Source: Bigelowiella natans CCMP2755 (lineage: Eukaryota > Protista > Cercozoa). From it: DNA of 64,000 nucleotides. Below the pieces are notes generated by a model. The model was not told the DNA's origin. It ran no database searches and saw only the letters and a program-made list of their open reading frames with translations. Shown piece after piece: positions 40,505 through 53,515 of this stretch; the stretch's first letter is position 1; every line of letters starts with the position of its first letter. Made by a program: the position numbers and the translations under genes. The stretch spans positions 59,738 to 123,737 of the forward strand of contig ADNK01001009.1 of NCBI GenBank assembly GCA_000320545.1, read 5' to 3'.

Positions 40505-41890
40505 ATGTTTGGCGAAGTGGACGATGATGTCACTATCAATCCTGATAGTCCGAAAAGCATCGCAGATGACAACAATTCAAGGTTGGAACTTGTAGATTTG
40601 GGAGATGACAATAGTGTATTTCAAGACGATGGTCAAGATAAAATTGCCCATGAAAATGTAGCTCCACCAAAATCTCGAAGGGCGATACAAAATTCACTAG
40701 AAAATGTTCAGAGCTATCCAAAAGTGGTTTCCGTAGTTCAAAAGGTCAAAGCGACGAAGTCCAAGGAGAAAAATGATGAGAAAAAGAAATTTGAACCACA
40801 AAGTTCAGTTGCTCAACAGAAAGTTCATGTTAACATTTCTAAACTCATATGGGTTGCAATTCATGAACCACTTAGATTTTATGGAATTATTTCTTTAGGT
40901 TTCATCTGGACAGGAGATTGGCACAAATCTAAATTTAAAAGTGAAAAGAATGTCGTCCAACTTTGTAAGTCCCAGAGCCTTGTCAACGAATGAATCGACG
41001 AAGGCAAATGAATCTAGCAGGAAGGTCAGTATGCCAAAAAAAACACTCCTTTGTAATAATGATTATAAAAATGAATGATCTTAGCCCTTGCTGCGAAATA
41101 AAGTCCCTTTGAAGAAACAGAAGTCCTCTAAACTTATGCCTCCTCCTGCTCCGGGAAGGAATATGGATGCAGTAACCTTATCTCGTCTCCATTCTCAACA
41201 AGATATCCTTTCTAGGTCAATTACTTTTGATCATGATCCGAAAAGGGTAAATTATTATTCTGAACAAATGATGTCGTAGAAAAGTTTGGAAGACAGGTCA
41301 TCAAGAAGTAAGGTGTAAGATAAGTGATTAAAAAAACTTCCGACTTTTAAATTATCAACTCATTGACTTCCAACTTCCGTGCAATGTAATTTAGAGGAAG
41401 GGAAACAAATGAAGATGTATCCTATAGGTTAAACAGCTATCCACACAAACAATGTAGTCTGGATATATCTTGATATCTAAACTATACTTTTTTTAAGTGA
41501 TTCTGGTCTCCAAAGATTGCCCTTCAAGTATAAAACGTAAGTAACTTGTACATTGCTTCGTTGACCTTTTTCTTTAGTTACAGATTCTTGATTCTCTATT
41601 ATTGCAATCTTCTGTCTACTTTTAGGCCTGACTATGAGTACGATCATGAAGTCATTTTACAGTACGCTTCTGGAAAAATGAACGAGATTGAGGGTGCAAT
41701 TGTCCAATTTCCAAAGCTTCTGAAACAGAAAACGGAGTCTATTACTGCATTAGCATTGAAAAATCTAAGAGAAAACATGCTGAATGCATTTCAGAACGAA
41801 ATGCAAAGTACATTCTTCTCTTCATTTTTTGCAGAATAGCATTCAGGCTTGACAAGTTTTTTTCACAGATCAACTCATAGACATGGAAAC
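40505..41890 (+). CDS. Hypothetical hydrophilic protein, several short introns
   Basis: ORF 40505-40993 (MFGEVDDD...) and later coding-like exons (...DYEYDHEVILQYASGKMNEIEGAIVQFPKLLKQ...). No domain recognised. The 3' end is unclear and abuts the TpA-free block. Confidence 0.45.
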
Positions 41891-42219
41891 TGTAAGTTTC
41901 AACAACAGTCAAGCCAAGCATCGCCTGAGACGCACTAATCAAGGTTGTTCACTTCATCTGCATCATTATTGCACATAAATTAGTCATTTTTCAAATATGC
42001 TACGCAGCAAGGAGCACTCATTGCAGCATTGGAACTGGTCTCATTTGAATGTGAGTCGATGGCATCTTGATGGACAAATTTGGTCGACATTTGAAAGCAT
42101 TCATGTCTTGTGATCTCAAATTTCCTGCCAACTAGATGGGCACTTGATAGCACTAACACCAAACGAAACTCATGTGCCATTGACTAAATCTCGATGCTTG
42201 ATTGATGTCAACATTCTTA

Positions 42220-45200
42220 TCTCTGCTTCCGATGAGCACGCGCTGCGCATCACTGTCATTTTCGTCTTCCCATGCAAAAAAAACGTGGCATGCAATGATT
42301 GGATGCATGTGCGATGAATGAGAAAAGGATTTGTTCAATCAAGTGTGTGTCGAAAATCTTTCATTGCTGTCCACATCATGCAACGCAAGTGCTCACAATG
42401 CTTGCAAGGGTGTGGTGCATGGTTGTTGGGTGCGCTCAGCAGACTGCCAAGTGTGCACACGATGTCGTTCATGTGCGCATCTCAATGGCACCCGCATCCA
42501 CACACAGCACAGCACACGTGTTCACGTGTTTGTTGAACATGCGATGTCAGTGTGCACTTGCGTGCTTGCACGAAGCTTGGTGTGTGTCGATGGAACAACA
42601 CAAGGAGTGGGTTTGATCGAGGGCAAGCAAGACAATGGATGCGACGTCATCCACTGTCAAGCATTCTTGACCTGTCAGCCTGTGACCACGCACGTCCAGA
42701 GTTGTCACACCAACGCTCGACAAGTGGTGCAGACCTTCAAACTCGGAAGGTCTGTCAGTCAACCAATCAATCAATCACTGATCTAGCTGATGCATGCGAT
42801 CAAGCTGGCAAGATTTGACCAAAAACGATGAAACTGCTGCTCACCTGACCGCAGCCACTTGCGTTTCAAGCAACACCACGCGCGACACTGCCAGACTGCT
42901 GCCTAGCTGGTTTCAACTGGCAGCAGCTAGTTGAGACCTGGTTTGGTCAACCAAACTGGCAAACAAACCCAATTTTTTTGTGTCAACAAGGATGCATCCT
43001 GGATGCACGCGGACCTGTGTTCTTTCACTCACTTTTTCCACAGCACTCAAGGTGCCCCACACACGACACTCTGGCACTCCCACGTGAACACCCAGTCATC
43101 GGCAGGTCAGGGCACATTGAACACTGAAAACTGAACAAAGCGTTCTGGCTAGCTGGCGTTGACGACAAAAAACCACACGAGCACGAACCACGTGGGAGAA
43201 AAGCGCAGACACGCAGCAGCGCCTCAATGAAAATCATTGCGAGGGCTTGTCAGCACCCTGATGGTGCATGCAGAGTGACACAACCGCGACGTGTGAGCCA
43301 GAGCACAGACAAGATTCAGGTGACTGTGACACAAGCCAGTCCACACGAACGGGTCGTCACTGGAAACGCAACTGTTTGAACAATGAACAATGAACAATGA
43401 ATGAAGTGTTGATCAAATCCACGTGCGCCAGAACCACATGGGAGACAGGCATGTGGGTGTGGCAGAGCCTCAACAACAGTCGTTGCAAGGACTTGTCAGC
43501 ACCCTGTTGGTGGTGAGCAACACAACTAGCCAACATCCCATGTCCAAGGAAGCCAAGGACAATGAGTTGAGGCTGGGTGAATCATCTGTCAATTGTTGGT
43601 GCAGTTGGAATGTGTCCAGGTTCCAACTGACGTTTGCAGTGTTCGAAACGCAGTGCCTCGAGGGCAGGTTGCAAATTCTGGCCCGACATTCTTCGATTTC
43701 ACAAGTCCCAGAACGAAACTGAAGTTTCTCATGGCACCGACCATTGCTTCTCACAGAGACGTCAATGGCTCCAATTGCAACCAGATCGTGGAAACACGTT
43801 GCAATTGCTGCAACCAGGCCTGTGAGTTTTGTGGTCGTCAATTGGTCCGTTGGAGTGGAGTCAATCAGCAAGAACAGCTGCCTCGAACTTGATTCTTGAA
43901 GGTGTCACTTCATGTGGCTTTCCCCAAAGCGCACATTGTTGCAATGCATCGATTTTTTCACGTCAGACATTGCTTCTCCTTCCGATTTTGCAACCGGTGA
44001 AGGCCAGTTTTTCGACCGGGATGCCATGGGCAAGAGGAGATGTGCAACACGTTTGGTGCATCTGCTTGGGAACCTGTTCGAGAAGCAAGTTGCTCATTCT
44101 GATTGAGTCTTCATTGTCGTGTGCGGTCCACATCTCCGCATTTTGTTTTGGACATCACGGGGAAAGCTGCAAGGAGACGATTCAGGTTGGATGCAGTTGA
44201 ATCTGATCGACAGCCTCGAAGACGTTGGCGATGTTGAAAAACCATTGCGAACTTGATTCAGTTTGGTTTTGGTTTGATCTGAGCCCTCACCAAAGCTCAG
44301 ATCAGACAGAGTGGAGTTTTCAGTCCACGCACTTCCTGTGGCCGAAAGGAAGTGCGGAAAGTTTTTCGGGAGTGAAAACTGTTCAGGATGAATCTGTTCG
44401 TGTCAGTGATTCAATCGATTGAAGGCTTCATTCAGGAAGAATCTTTGGGCACATGTCACACTTCGAACTTGATTCAATTTGGTTTTGGTTTGATCTGGGC
44501 TCTCCCCAAAGCTCGGACCAGACAGAGTGTGGTTTTCAGTCCACACCTTTCCTTTGGACTTCATGCGATCGGCGGTTGTCATTTTTGAGTTTGTGACCGA
44601 AACACCATGACCAACAGGAAGTGCGCAAAGTTTGTTCGGGAGTGAAAACTGCTCAGGATGAATCTGTTCAAGTCAGACACGTGGTCGAGTGAAGTCTTCA
44701 TTCGGGAAGAATCCACAATGCAGATCCAAACATCCTTCACTTAGCAACCAATTCACCGGTGGCTGGGGCGACACGTCTGTCTGTCCCACCGGCAAACTGG
44801 AATGTGGTTCAGGGATTGGAGGAAAAGCCACCCTCGTGACTCAAAAACCCCCGCCCATCAACGCATCGCGCGCCAACAGGGTGCAACTCGAGAGGGTCAC
44901 TCGAGTTTGAACAAAAACAAAAACAATGAAACAATGATGAAAAACTACAGTTCAGTGAAAATCCAATGGAAAACATTCCAAGAAAGCAAATTGTGGAGGA
45001 AAATGACCTCAGAAAAGGAGTTCCATTTTGAGAGAAATTCAGAAACAAATCATGAGAATGGATGAAACTTTGGTCACCTTTTGGAGAAAATGGCGCAAAA
45101 AAGGAATCCAGGAATGATCAACGACAACATCCACAAGGATTCACATTTTCATTTGGGTGCTCTCACAATCAAAAATAAAAAAACAGAGCCCGTTTGAACG

Positions 45201-45220
45201 AGTTGCCACCGACCCGAAGG
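42220..45220. other. TpA-free block, probably a decayed mobile/viral element or pseudogene
   Basis: Only five TA dinucleotides in 42220-44740, all CTAG. Broken coding-like frames on the minus strand (43470-44150), internal direct repeats and hairpins. No transposase or RT motif recognised. Confidence 0.7.
44248..44715 (+). repeat. Imperfect tandem duplication of a ~200-250 bp unit
   Basis: cgaacttgattca.tttggttttggtttgatctg...ttttcagtccac at 44248 and 44464. ggaagtgcg.aaagttt...gggagtgaaaactg.tcaggatgaatctgttc is in both copies. Confidence 0.85.
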
Positions 45221-45767
45221 GTGCCTCGAAAGACCCAGTGGCAACTGCCCACCCCGAAAGGCGATCATCGTTCTGATAATTTTTCCCGACTCGAAAGGCG
45301 ATTATCGTTTTGATGTTGCTGTGAGGGCTCTTACATTAGACACAGTTCAATTGACTGTTTGACCACCTCTAATTTGCTGCATCCTGTTCTTCCAGGCCGT
45401 TGTTTCTGGAAAATAAAACAGAGGGTAGTTTTCCGGGAAAAACTGCCCCCGCCACTACCGGAATGAATCCCGCGGGACTACATGTACTACACGCAATGAC
45501 TCATGCAGTCGGCTCGGTTGAAAGAGAGAAAGAAAAAATCAGGCAAATGTCATCCCGTGCTGCTAACATTGACACAAAATGCAGAGGAATTTTTGGTTTT
45601 TGTCGATCGAACCCGAACGGAAAATCCCAATGCCGTGGAACATGCTGGAACGTTTGCGGGTTGCTCCGCCCACATAACATATATTGTTCAAAATGCAAAG
45701 ATACTCAGTCCCGTACAACTCCATAGCAAGCGAGCAAGAGAACGAAGTGACAACCAATTCGACGAAA

Positions 45768-46418
45768 ATGGACGCGGAGGAACCCGTGAACATGGGCTTA
45801 TCACCATCTCCAACGCACGATTCAAACGAAACCCTGTTTTTTTTTAGTAAGAAGAAGAAGAAAAAGAAAAGGTCGAAGACCCGTACGAAAGAAGCAGCTC
45901 ATCTCTATAACGAAGATGGCCGACAATGCGAAGAGGTAGTGATACCATACATCAGTCTTTTGGAAAGATGTTTCAAACAGATGAAGCCGAATCTTAGTGT
46001 ACGGAAACCGTTGAAAATACCACCTCCGCAGATCTTTCGAGCTAATCGAAAGATTGTTTGGGACAACTTTCCAAAAGCTTGCTCCGCTCTTAGACGTGAA
46101 AAAAAGCATGTCCAGGCATTTGTGGTAAATGAACTCGGAGTGGAGAGAGAAGTCACAAACGACAGCCAGGGAAGGTTGGTCATCCGCGGCAGCTACAAAC
46201 CGAAGCAGTTCGAAAGTGTCCTTCGGAATTACATATCATCATATGTCACTTGCAAGGTGTGTAAAAGCCCTGAAACCACACTAACTCGCGACCCTATCAC
46301 ACGTCTACAATTCCTGGACTGTGTTTGTGGTGCCCGACGCTCAGTGAAGCCAATCCAGACGTTATACCGTGCTACAATGAGAGGGGAGCGTCGAAAGGAG
46401 AGAAATTCTGCAAAATAA
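45768..46418 (+). CDS. EIF2S2: Translation initiation factor eIF2-beta-like protein, intronless and divergent
   Basis: Poly-K box, YISLLERCF, LKIPPPQ, WDNF...LRREKKHV..FVVNELG, GRLVIRG, LRNYISSYVTCKVCKSPET, CGARRSV. ATG at 45768 taken as the likely start. Confidence 0.88.
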   Translation: MDAEEPVNMGLSPSPTHDSNETLFFFSKKKKKKKRSKTRTKEAAHLYNEDGRQCEEVVIPYISLLERCFKQMKPNLSVRKPLKIPPPQIFRANRKIVWDNFPKACSALRREKKHVQAFVVNELGVEREVTNDSQGRLVIRGSYKPKQFESVLRNYISSYVTCKVCKSPETTLTRDPITRLQFLDCVCGARRSVKPIQTLYRATMRGERRKERNSAK

Positions 46419-46949
46419 ATCCAATCGAAACATTGTGTATGTAATTTCCGATCAACAGGCTTTACTTAAAATATTTAATACTTCATTTGTGCTTTGCGAA
46501 AGAGCGATGCATTTCGTAAGTTCGTAACAACAGGAATGATCACTGCCGTTGGCAGCCTTCAGATGCTATCTATAATAAACTAGTACCAAACAGGTTCTTA
46601 TTTGCGCAAGGTATTAACAGTGGCATAGTCTGATAATTAGGATCATAGCAATAAATTTCCACAGCTAGGTAATTAGCTAGTTACGGCGCTTACAAGTAAT
46701 ATTATCTTATTATCACTGAGCGTCCATAGATTCATAAACCGATGCCAACGATTGCGGGCGAATTCGTGTGTGATGGACGCCACATACAAGCGCATATGCA
46801 ATCTACAAATATAGTTTTGCACGTTTTGGGTTCTGTCGATGTATGCATTCGCGTACGTGAGTTCAGAATCCCGCGTGATGGTATCACTTTTTTTGTTTTT
46901 TTTGAAAGGGTGCAGCTGCATGATCGTTTGCTTGTATACTAGCTTAAGG

Positions 46950-49500
46950 CAACCTCCAATTTAAAACTCTACATTGAGAGGCGGTATAGAATTGACTTGA
47001 ACTCGTAATTTCAAATCTACTACTGGGCAAGTGCTATATCGATTCTCAATATTCAGGGATGATGATGACTCTACAACACCGCCCGTGACTACATCGAATC
47101 TGATCAAAAATAATATTGAGAGGTGGCTTTATGTAGTGGATGAGATACACAGCAAACCTTTCAAACCCCAATAGAACTCCTTGAAGGTCGATTTCCAATT
47201 CTGGGAAGAGAATGTCGTCATTGCACGTCGCATTACAAATATTTGGTTCAGGTTGAGCTGTGTACCATTGAAGAATCTGGAGATCCTAGAAATTATTTCC
47301 GAGACTTTACGATCATCACTATCATTGTCAGAGCCCTACGTGTACAAAATTGAAAATTCTGTCAAAAGACGGTGAACTTGATCACTTTTTAGTCAACCTT
47401 ATTTAGGGACTCGATCAGGACTTTCCGGGGACCTATGCAGCTCATTCCGAGAGTCATCGGAGCCGGAAGGCCGCGCTGTATGGTGAGATTGTGGTAGTAT
47501 TTGTCATCATCCACTGAATTTCTCCTTACCCGTCCTCCTCCTCTTTGAAATCAAGATAAGTCTAAATATTACCCATCGAGCGTCAAGAATGATGCGTTCA
47601 GGAGTATAGCGAACGCTGTCTTTGTCGAATTCAAGCAGGACCAGCCCCCTGTTCGTAGAAGCAAAAGTTGCCATGCATTCAACCGAGGTGCTTCCGAGAA
47701 ATCTCAGGCTATCAAACTCTTTGATGATGAACTATTCTGCGAGGGTATTGCTTACGAAACTCGCAACAATTATAAGTTGCGCGACCAATCCCACGATTCT
47801 ATGTGCACACATTTCACCTTTTAAGCAGCGCCCTTCGCATGAGAGGATGCGAGAGGAACGCACCGAAGTCTTTCTCCGAGAAACTAAATTCTGCCGATCC
47901 CGTCGGATTCTTCACAAGTTTGATCGAACTGTAGGAATTAGAGCGGTATGAAGCATCAGTATTGTAGCACATTTTTAAAATTAGTTTTGGGGGCAAACCT
48001 TGACGCGAGAAGGGCTGGTACATCCAAGAGAACTTCTCCTATGATTTTTCAGGTCAGTGATAACTAACTATGATGTTGCTATCTGCTCCGCCAAGTACAG
48101 GGAAGCGTTGCTGTTTTTCCTTTTCCCTCTTTAATTTACCACCCTAAATCCTCAAATTAAGCAAATCGGTCTCTCCGTCCGTCTCTTATATTAACTATGT
48201 CGTCGTCTCTATTCAAAGTCAGTTTCTCCTTTCTTTCTTTCTTTCTCCCTTTCCTTCTTACCTACTGTAAGTCTCAACTGCCGGCAGGTTAATCCTCCGG
48301 GGCTTTCCCAGTCTGAACCCTTGACAACCGCGCCCTCGCATTCCCCTGATTCAATAAAAGAGGGGGTCATATTTTAAATTCGTCCTAGCCCTGTCCTCCT
48401 TACTAATGCTTTCTCCGCTTCCAACCTCCTTATTAATGCCAATGTCGAGTTACAAATACCTCTCAGAATGCCCGTTGTTGAAGTGGACACCTAGATAAAG
48501 AGGAATAGTGCTGAAGCGTAGTGGGATACAGCATATAGTTTTTAATGCCATGTGCATAAATGTATATTGTGTATGAATCGAACCTCCGTTGTCACCTCCC
48601 CCTTTACAATGCGAGACCTTAAATTTGAATCAGAATATTGAGAGGAGGCTCAGTTCAGCTACCATAGCAACAAATTGAGATTGAAGGAAAACTTACTTTA
48701 AGATCAGTGTCAGCAAAGCTTCAATAAACCTGCCACTTAGGTCTCCTAGTTGGAGAGCAACAGTAACAAGCATATCAAAAGTGATTCTTGGAGGTGCATG
48801 GTGTCCCAGTCTTATCGCATCATATGAGGATGCCCCGTGTAGTTGATAAGGTTGATGATACCGGTCGCGTGAACGTCGACTCGTGGCTTTCTTATTCCAA
48901 TATTCCTTGTGTAGAAGCTGCGCAGATCACGACAGTCGTCACGAAGGCTTAGCCTCCTAGATCCCGAAAACAGCCTTTTCTGTGTCACAACTGACGAACC
49001 TTTTCCTCCTGAAAAACCTTTCGTAAGATAGGACTTGATGATCATGGCATAAGGGCCGAATTACAGAGAGGAGCCTCACATTAAACCTCTCGCAACACCA
49101 TGCATTTGACCCTCGGCAAAGATCAATTTCACAGGACACATCTAGTCGACGAAGCGATTGAGGAAAAGTGATAAGAACTTAGTTATAACAAGACTTGGGT
49201 ACACCCTCTGAAACGACGAGGCTTTTCCATGATTATGCATGGGATTACCCATTATCATTAGGAGTAGGAGGGGGAACAATGGCAACGGGCTGAGTTCCTC
49301 CATTGTTTCCAGTCGGAGGCCAGAAGGGGGACACCCCGGTCGTCGACGTCGACTGCTGTGCTTTGCCCGGGATTGCTGGGTGTACCAGGTTTTCCCTAAA
49401 ATATACCAAAATGGAAGGGCATTTTGCTATGACGACAAATAAACGTTAATCGCACCAAAAATAGACGGCACAGCGTCTCGCGTTCGTCGCCGGACATCAT
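46950..49500. other. Unassigned microsatellite-free region with fragmented coding-like frames (possible old pseudogene or element relic)
   Basis: Short stop-interrupted frames on both strands, no consistent splice chain, no recognisable motif. Confidence 0.25.
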
Positions 49501-49679
49501 TGTTCAGCATGCAGAAGATCCCCTAGTCCTAGAAGGAGATCCCTCAGTCCTAAAATGAGATCTTCAAGCTCCTCGATGGCCAAAATGCCATTCTTGATTC
49601 CTTGTCGATCATCATGACGCAGGGATGTCGTGTGCGTGCAATTGACACGCCGCACACATGCACGCTGGCACGCATGGTG

Positions 49680-49735
49680 CTGCAGTGCTGCATGCACGAG
49701 CACATGTCTGCAGTGCTGCATGCACGAGCACATGT
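49680..49735. repeat. Perfect 28-bp tandem duplication
   Basis: ctgcagtgctgcatgcacgagcacatgt twice (49680-49707, 49708-49735). Confidence 0.9.
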
Positions 49736-50025
49736 GCGCAAACAAACAAACAAATCATGTGGTCTGCCAAGGCAAGATCTCGCAACGAACAAAACATTTG
49801 CATTGCGATGCTCGCTGCACACAGTAGTCGATTGTGTCACATCTCATTCGGTAGCCTCTGCTGGCGCGTGGCGTGCATCCTTGCACATCTAGACACGTGC
49901 AAGCAATTCTTCCATGAAACCAGTGATCGGCGAACTTGTTCATTGCATTTTCATGTGTTGTTGTTCATCGCGTCATGTTGCATCGTGAAAATTAAGAGAC
50001 TTGAGAGAAGCTGTAGCAACATCAT

Positions 50026-50277
50026 TCATAATCGTTTCTTCCCTTTTCTAACGGGACTATTTTTATTCCGCACCCACTCTAGAAGCTTACTTAGTGAAAC
50101 TGATGATGTTGACACAACGACAAAGATCAGAATGTGAAGATGATACCTATGCACTGCATGTTTACGCGCGCACACACACATACACATACACATACACGCG
50201 AATACACAATATCTAATCATAGTCACAGGGCATGTGAAGGTGATGACACTTACCCTAAGCGCATGTTAATAATCCAT

Positions 50278-50343
<66 letters not shown>

Positions 50344-51147
50344 TGTGTGTGTGTGTGTGTGTATTACCGTGTCTGGTTTGTTTCAACCGCGAGTCAGGGC
50401 AAGTTCCTGACACATCCAATAGTGACTGACCGATGGCCGCACCCATGTGCTCAAAGTCTTCCTGAGAATACTGCGTGAACGCACTCTTGTTACAGCTATC
50501 ATCCTCCTCATCGTCGCTCCCCTCTCCACCACCATCTGTGGACTGCTTTCGTTCACTCTGCTGCTTGCTTTCGTCGTCTTCATTGACGTTACCAGCTGTT
50601 GATATTTCGAGTGGTAAGGATAACGGGGATGCTGTGGTAATATTCGGCGTCGTTAGCTGGCGTAGCTCCGATTTTCGGGGGCAAAGCTTGCGAATCTGAA
50701 AAGATAGTATGTGCTCGTTCTGTCACGGATGTACTTTTTGTTTTGTGTCAAGGTGTAATTTCCGGTGATGTATATGACCCTAATGTCCTACTCACCACCC
50801 GCATAAAGCCGCAGTTGTAAGAAGCAGATGAAAATGTAAGCAGTTCGCGAAATATCGATAAGTAGAAACTGTTACTTACTTTCTTCCCGGTGTGGTAGTT
50901 GCACTCGACTGTATAGCAGTGCGTCAGCTGAGGGATCATCTTATATGTCGATACCCTCCCTGAATGTACGAGAATGTCTCAGATTTTCAGCAAGAAAGTG
51001 AGTAGTTTTTTTGCGGTGTGTGAGTGGATGGATGACCGCTTCCTTCCTTTGATAGTCCATCCTGAATGTCCTTTGCCTGGACATATTTACAACACAACGA
51101 AGCCCACCTTGAGCTCATAGTTGAGAACACGGATATCGGTGATGAAG

Positions 51148-51190
<43 letters not shown>

Positions 51191-51753
51191 GCGTGTGTGT
51201 GTATGTGTGTGTGTGTGTAAGTGTATATAAGTGTGTAGTGCATCACGTCTGTCTTATAATTCCGAAAGCAACTAAACCACCTTCATATTGTGCGACGAGA
51301 AATTTGAGTTTGCGTACGAAAAGTGCCTGCGCAATGTTAGTTCGAAGAGTGAGCGCTATTTCTGTCGTTTTCACACGTGAGAGGAGAACAAAGATGGGAA
51401 GGATCGCTGAGCTGTGCTGCATCGAGTGATCATGATGATGCTCGTGATGATGACGAAGTTTATCGACGGAAAGAGGCGTTTCAGGTTTCCTTCCATAAAT
51501 TAATCAATCACATGAGAAGTGAAACCTGCAGTTTATCTCCATCAAGCGTGAGAACAACTTCACAAGGTTTCTTCTCGGCCGCTCGGTTCCAAAGTGGTTG
51601 CCGTAAATGAAGCACCTTTTGTTATTGTTGTCGTTGTTGTTGTTATTAATTTCATCATCATCTTTGATACTAGGGTCTACATATTCGCATCGAGCGCCAT
51701 GTACACATTATCACTAGACTTTTTGGAAGCGGTTGGGAAGATACACACGCACG

Positions 51754-51820
<67 letters not shown>

Positions 51821-51950
51821 TATACATGGATGGTAAAATACCCTTGCTTGGACGCGTGCGCGTGTAAGTCGAAGTACGCCCAGAGTCTATTGAGCTCGTA
51901 TCGTGAAAACCTTTACAATAGAACGGATGTTTGTGAGGGTACGAGGGTGA

Positions 51951-51992
<42 letters not shown>

Positions 51993-52795
51993 TCTTTCTC
52001 TTTCTCTATGTGTGTGTGTGTGTGTGTGTGCAACTATCGTAGAGCTATCTATCCGTATTCTTTACAGATTCATCATCATTCTCATATCCTGTGTGAGAGA
52101 CAGACCTTCCAAGAGTCTCCCTCCAGCCGAATGCCCCCCACTTCTTGAAGCTACGCGGCAGATCGCGCCTCCTTTTCTCCACCATTTCCATTGGCCCTCC
52201 CCCCGCTTTTCTCCTGGCCTTCGGCAGCACAACCGTCTTCTCCCTCCGCCTGCTTCTATTGGAAGAAGTAGAAGAAGACGACGACGACGGTGGGAGGCAG
52301 ATGCGGGGAAATCGCTTCGCTCCGCCAACTTCGGTCCCACTGCTCCTACTTCTGCTCGACATCCTCAGCAATCGGTTACCTGGATCTGAAAGGTTTCTTC
52401 GATGCTTGCGATTAGAGGCCGAGGGACGAGGCGACACCCTGCTCTGGATGCTTTGCATCATGCCTCCTCCTCCTCCTCCTCCTCCTCGCCGCATCCTAGC
52501 AGTCATGACCGATGTGGAACCCCCGAGGCGATGGCGAGGGGTACCGATGCCTGTGCAATGACGTATGGAAGAAGATGATAGATGAGAGAGAACAAAGTTA
52601 TGACCCATCACCTACTGCAGGCAATAAAGCTTCTACCTCTCTGTGTCAAACTTCCAGCTACTTCGGAGGGGAACGCTAACCTGAGAGATGTGTGTGTGTG
52701 TGATATGACCTTGGTGAAGATAAATGATGCCAGCAGATAGAGAGAGGGAAAGGGGAGAATGGGAGCTAAGTACTACATGAATTTACATTCACACA

Positions 52796-52836
<41 letters not shown>

Positions 52837-53481
52837 CGCGCGCAACGACTTGAGGATGTGAATAATACAATCCTTTTGGTTTTTGGTGGGACCCGTATAA
52901 TAGCTTCTGGATGGCATATATGGAAGGCTGGCAAGCAATTGTCGCTTTGTCGCCGTAGAAACGATTAAGATTCTACGAAAGCAAAGATTAAGAGAGAGAG
53001 AAAGAGAGGAGGGCGTGGAAACGCGCATCAGTACTCAGGAGTAAGAAGAGGGAATTACAAGCTTCTTTTAATTACTTACTCGGATATACACCCCTTATAC
53101 GAATGCAATACACTATTTATATCTGTTTATTTTTTAAAACGGAAGATTTCTCGAAGATGGTCCCCCCTCCCTCTTCCCCCTTCCCTCATCTCCGGAGACG
53201 ACCTGTCCAAGAGTATCCGTGCGGTAGTGGCCCCTATAGAGAGGAAGTCATCATACACGCGCACGCGCGCACGCACGCATAGTTGCACACACACACACAT
53301 TTTATTTATTTATATACATACTGGTTAAAAGCTTGCTACTTCTCTCAAACCGGCGGGATTAATATTATTACCTCGCCACACCGTCGGGATTTATCATAGG
53401 TACTATCTGCACACAATTAGGCCAAATGTCGCCAAATATCGAATTAAAGTAGTTCCTATCGGCGTTGTATTTATGTACTGC

Positions 53482-53515
<34 letters not shown>

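Noticed and set aside
42220-44740. CpG-methylation decay or classical RIP as the source of the TG/CA excess
   Set aside because: CpG is plentiful and TpA is lost rather than gained.
42150-44910. Dense overlapping Cys/His-rich ORFs in all frames
   Set aside because: Expected artefact: without TpA there are almost no TAA/TAG stops and no Tyr codons.
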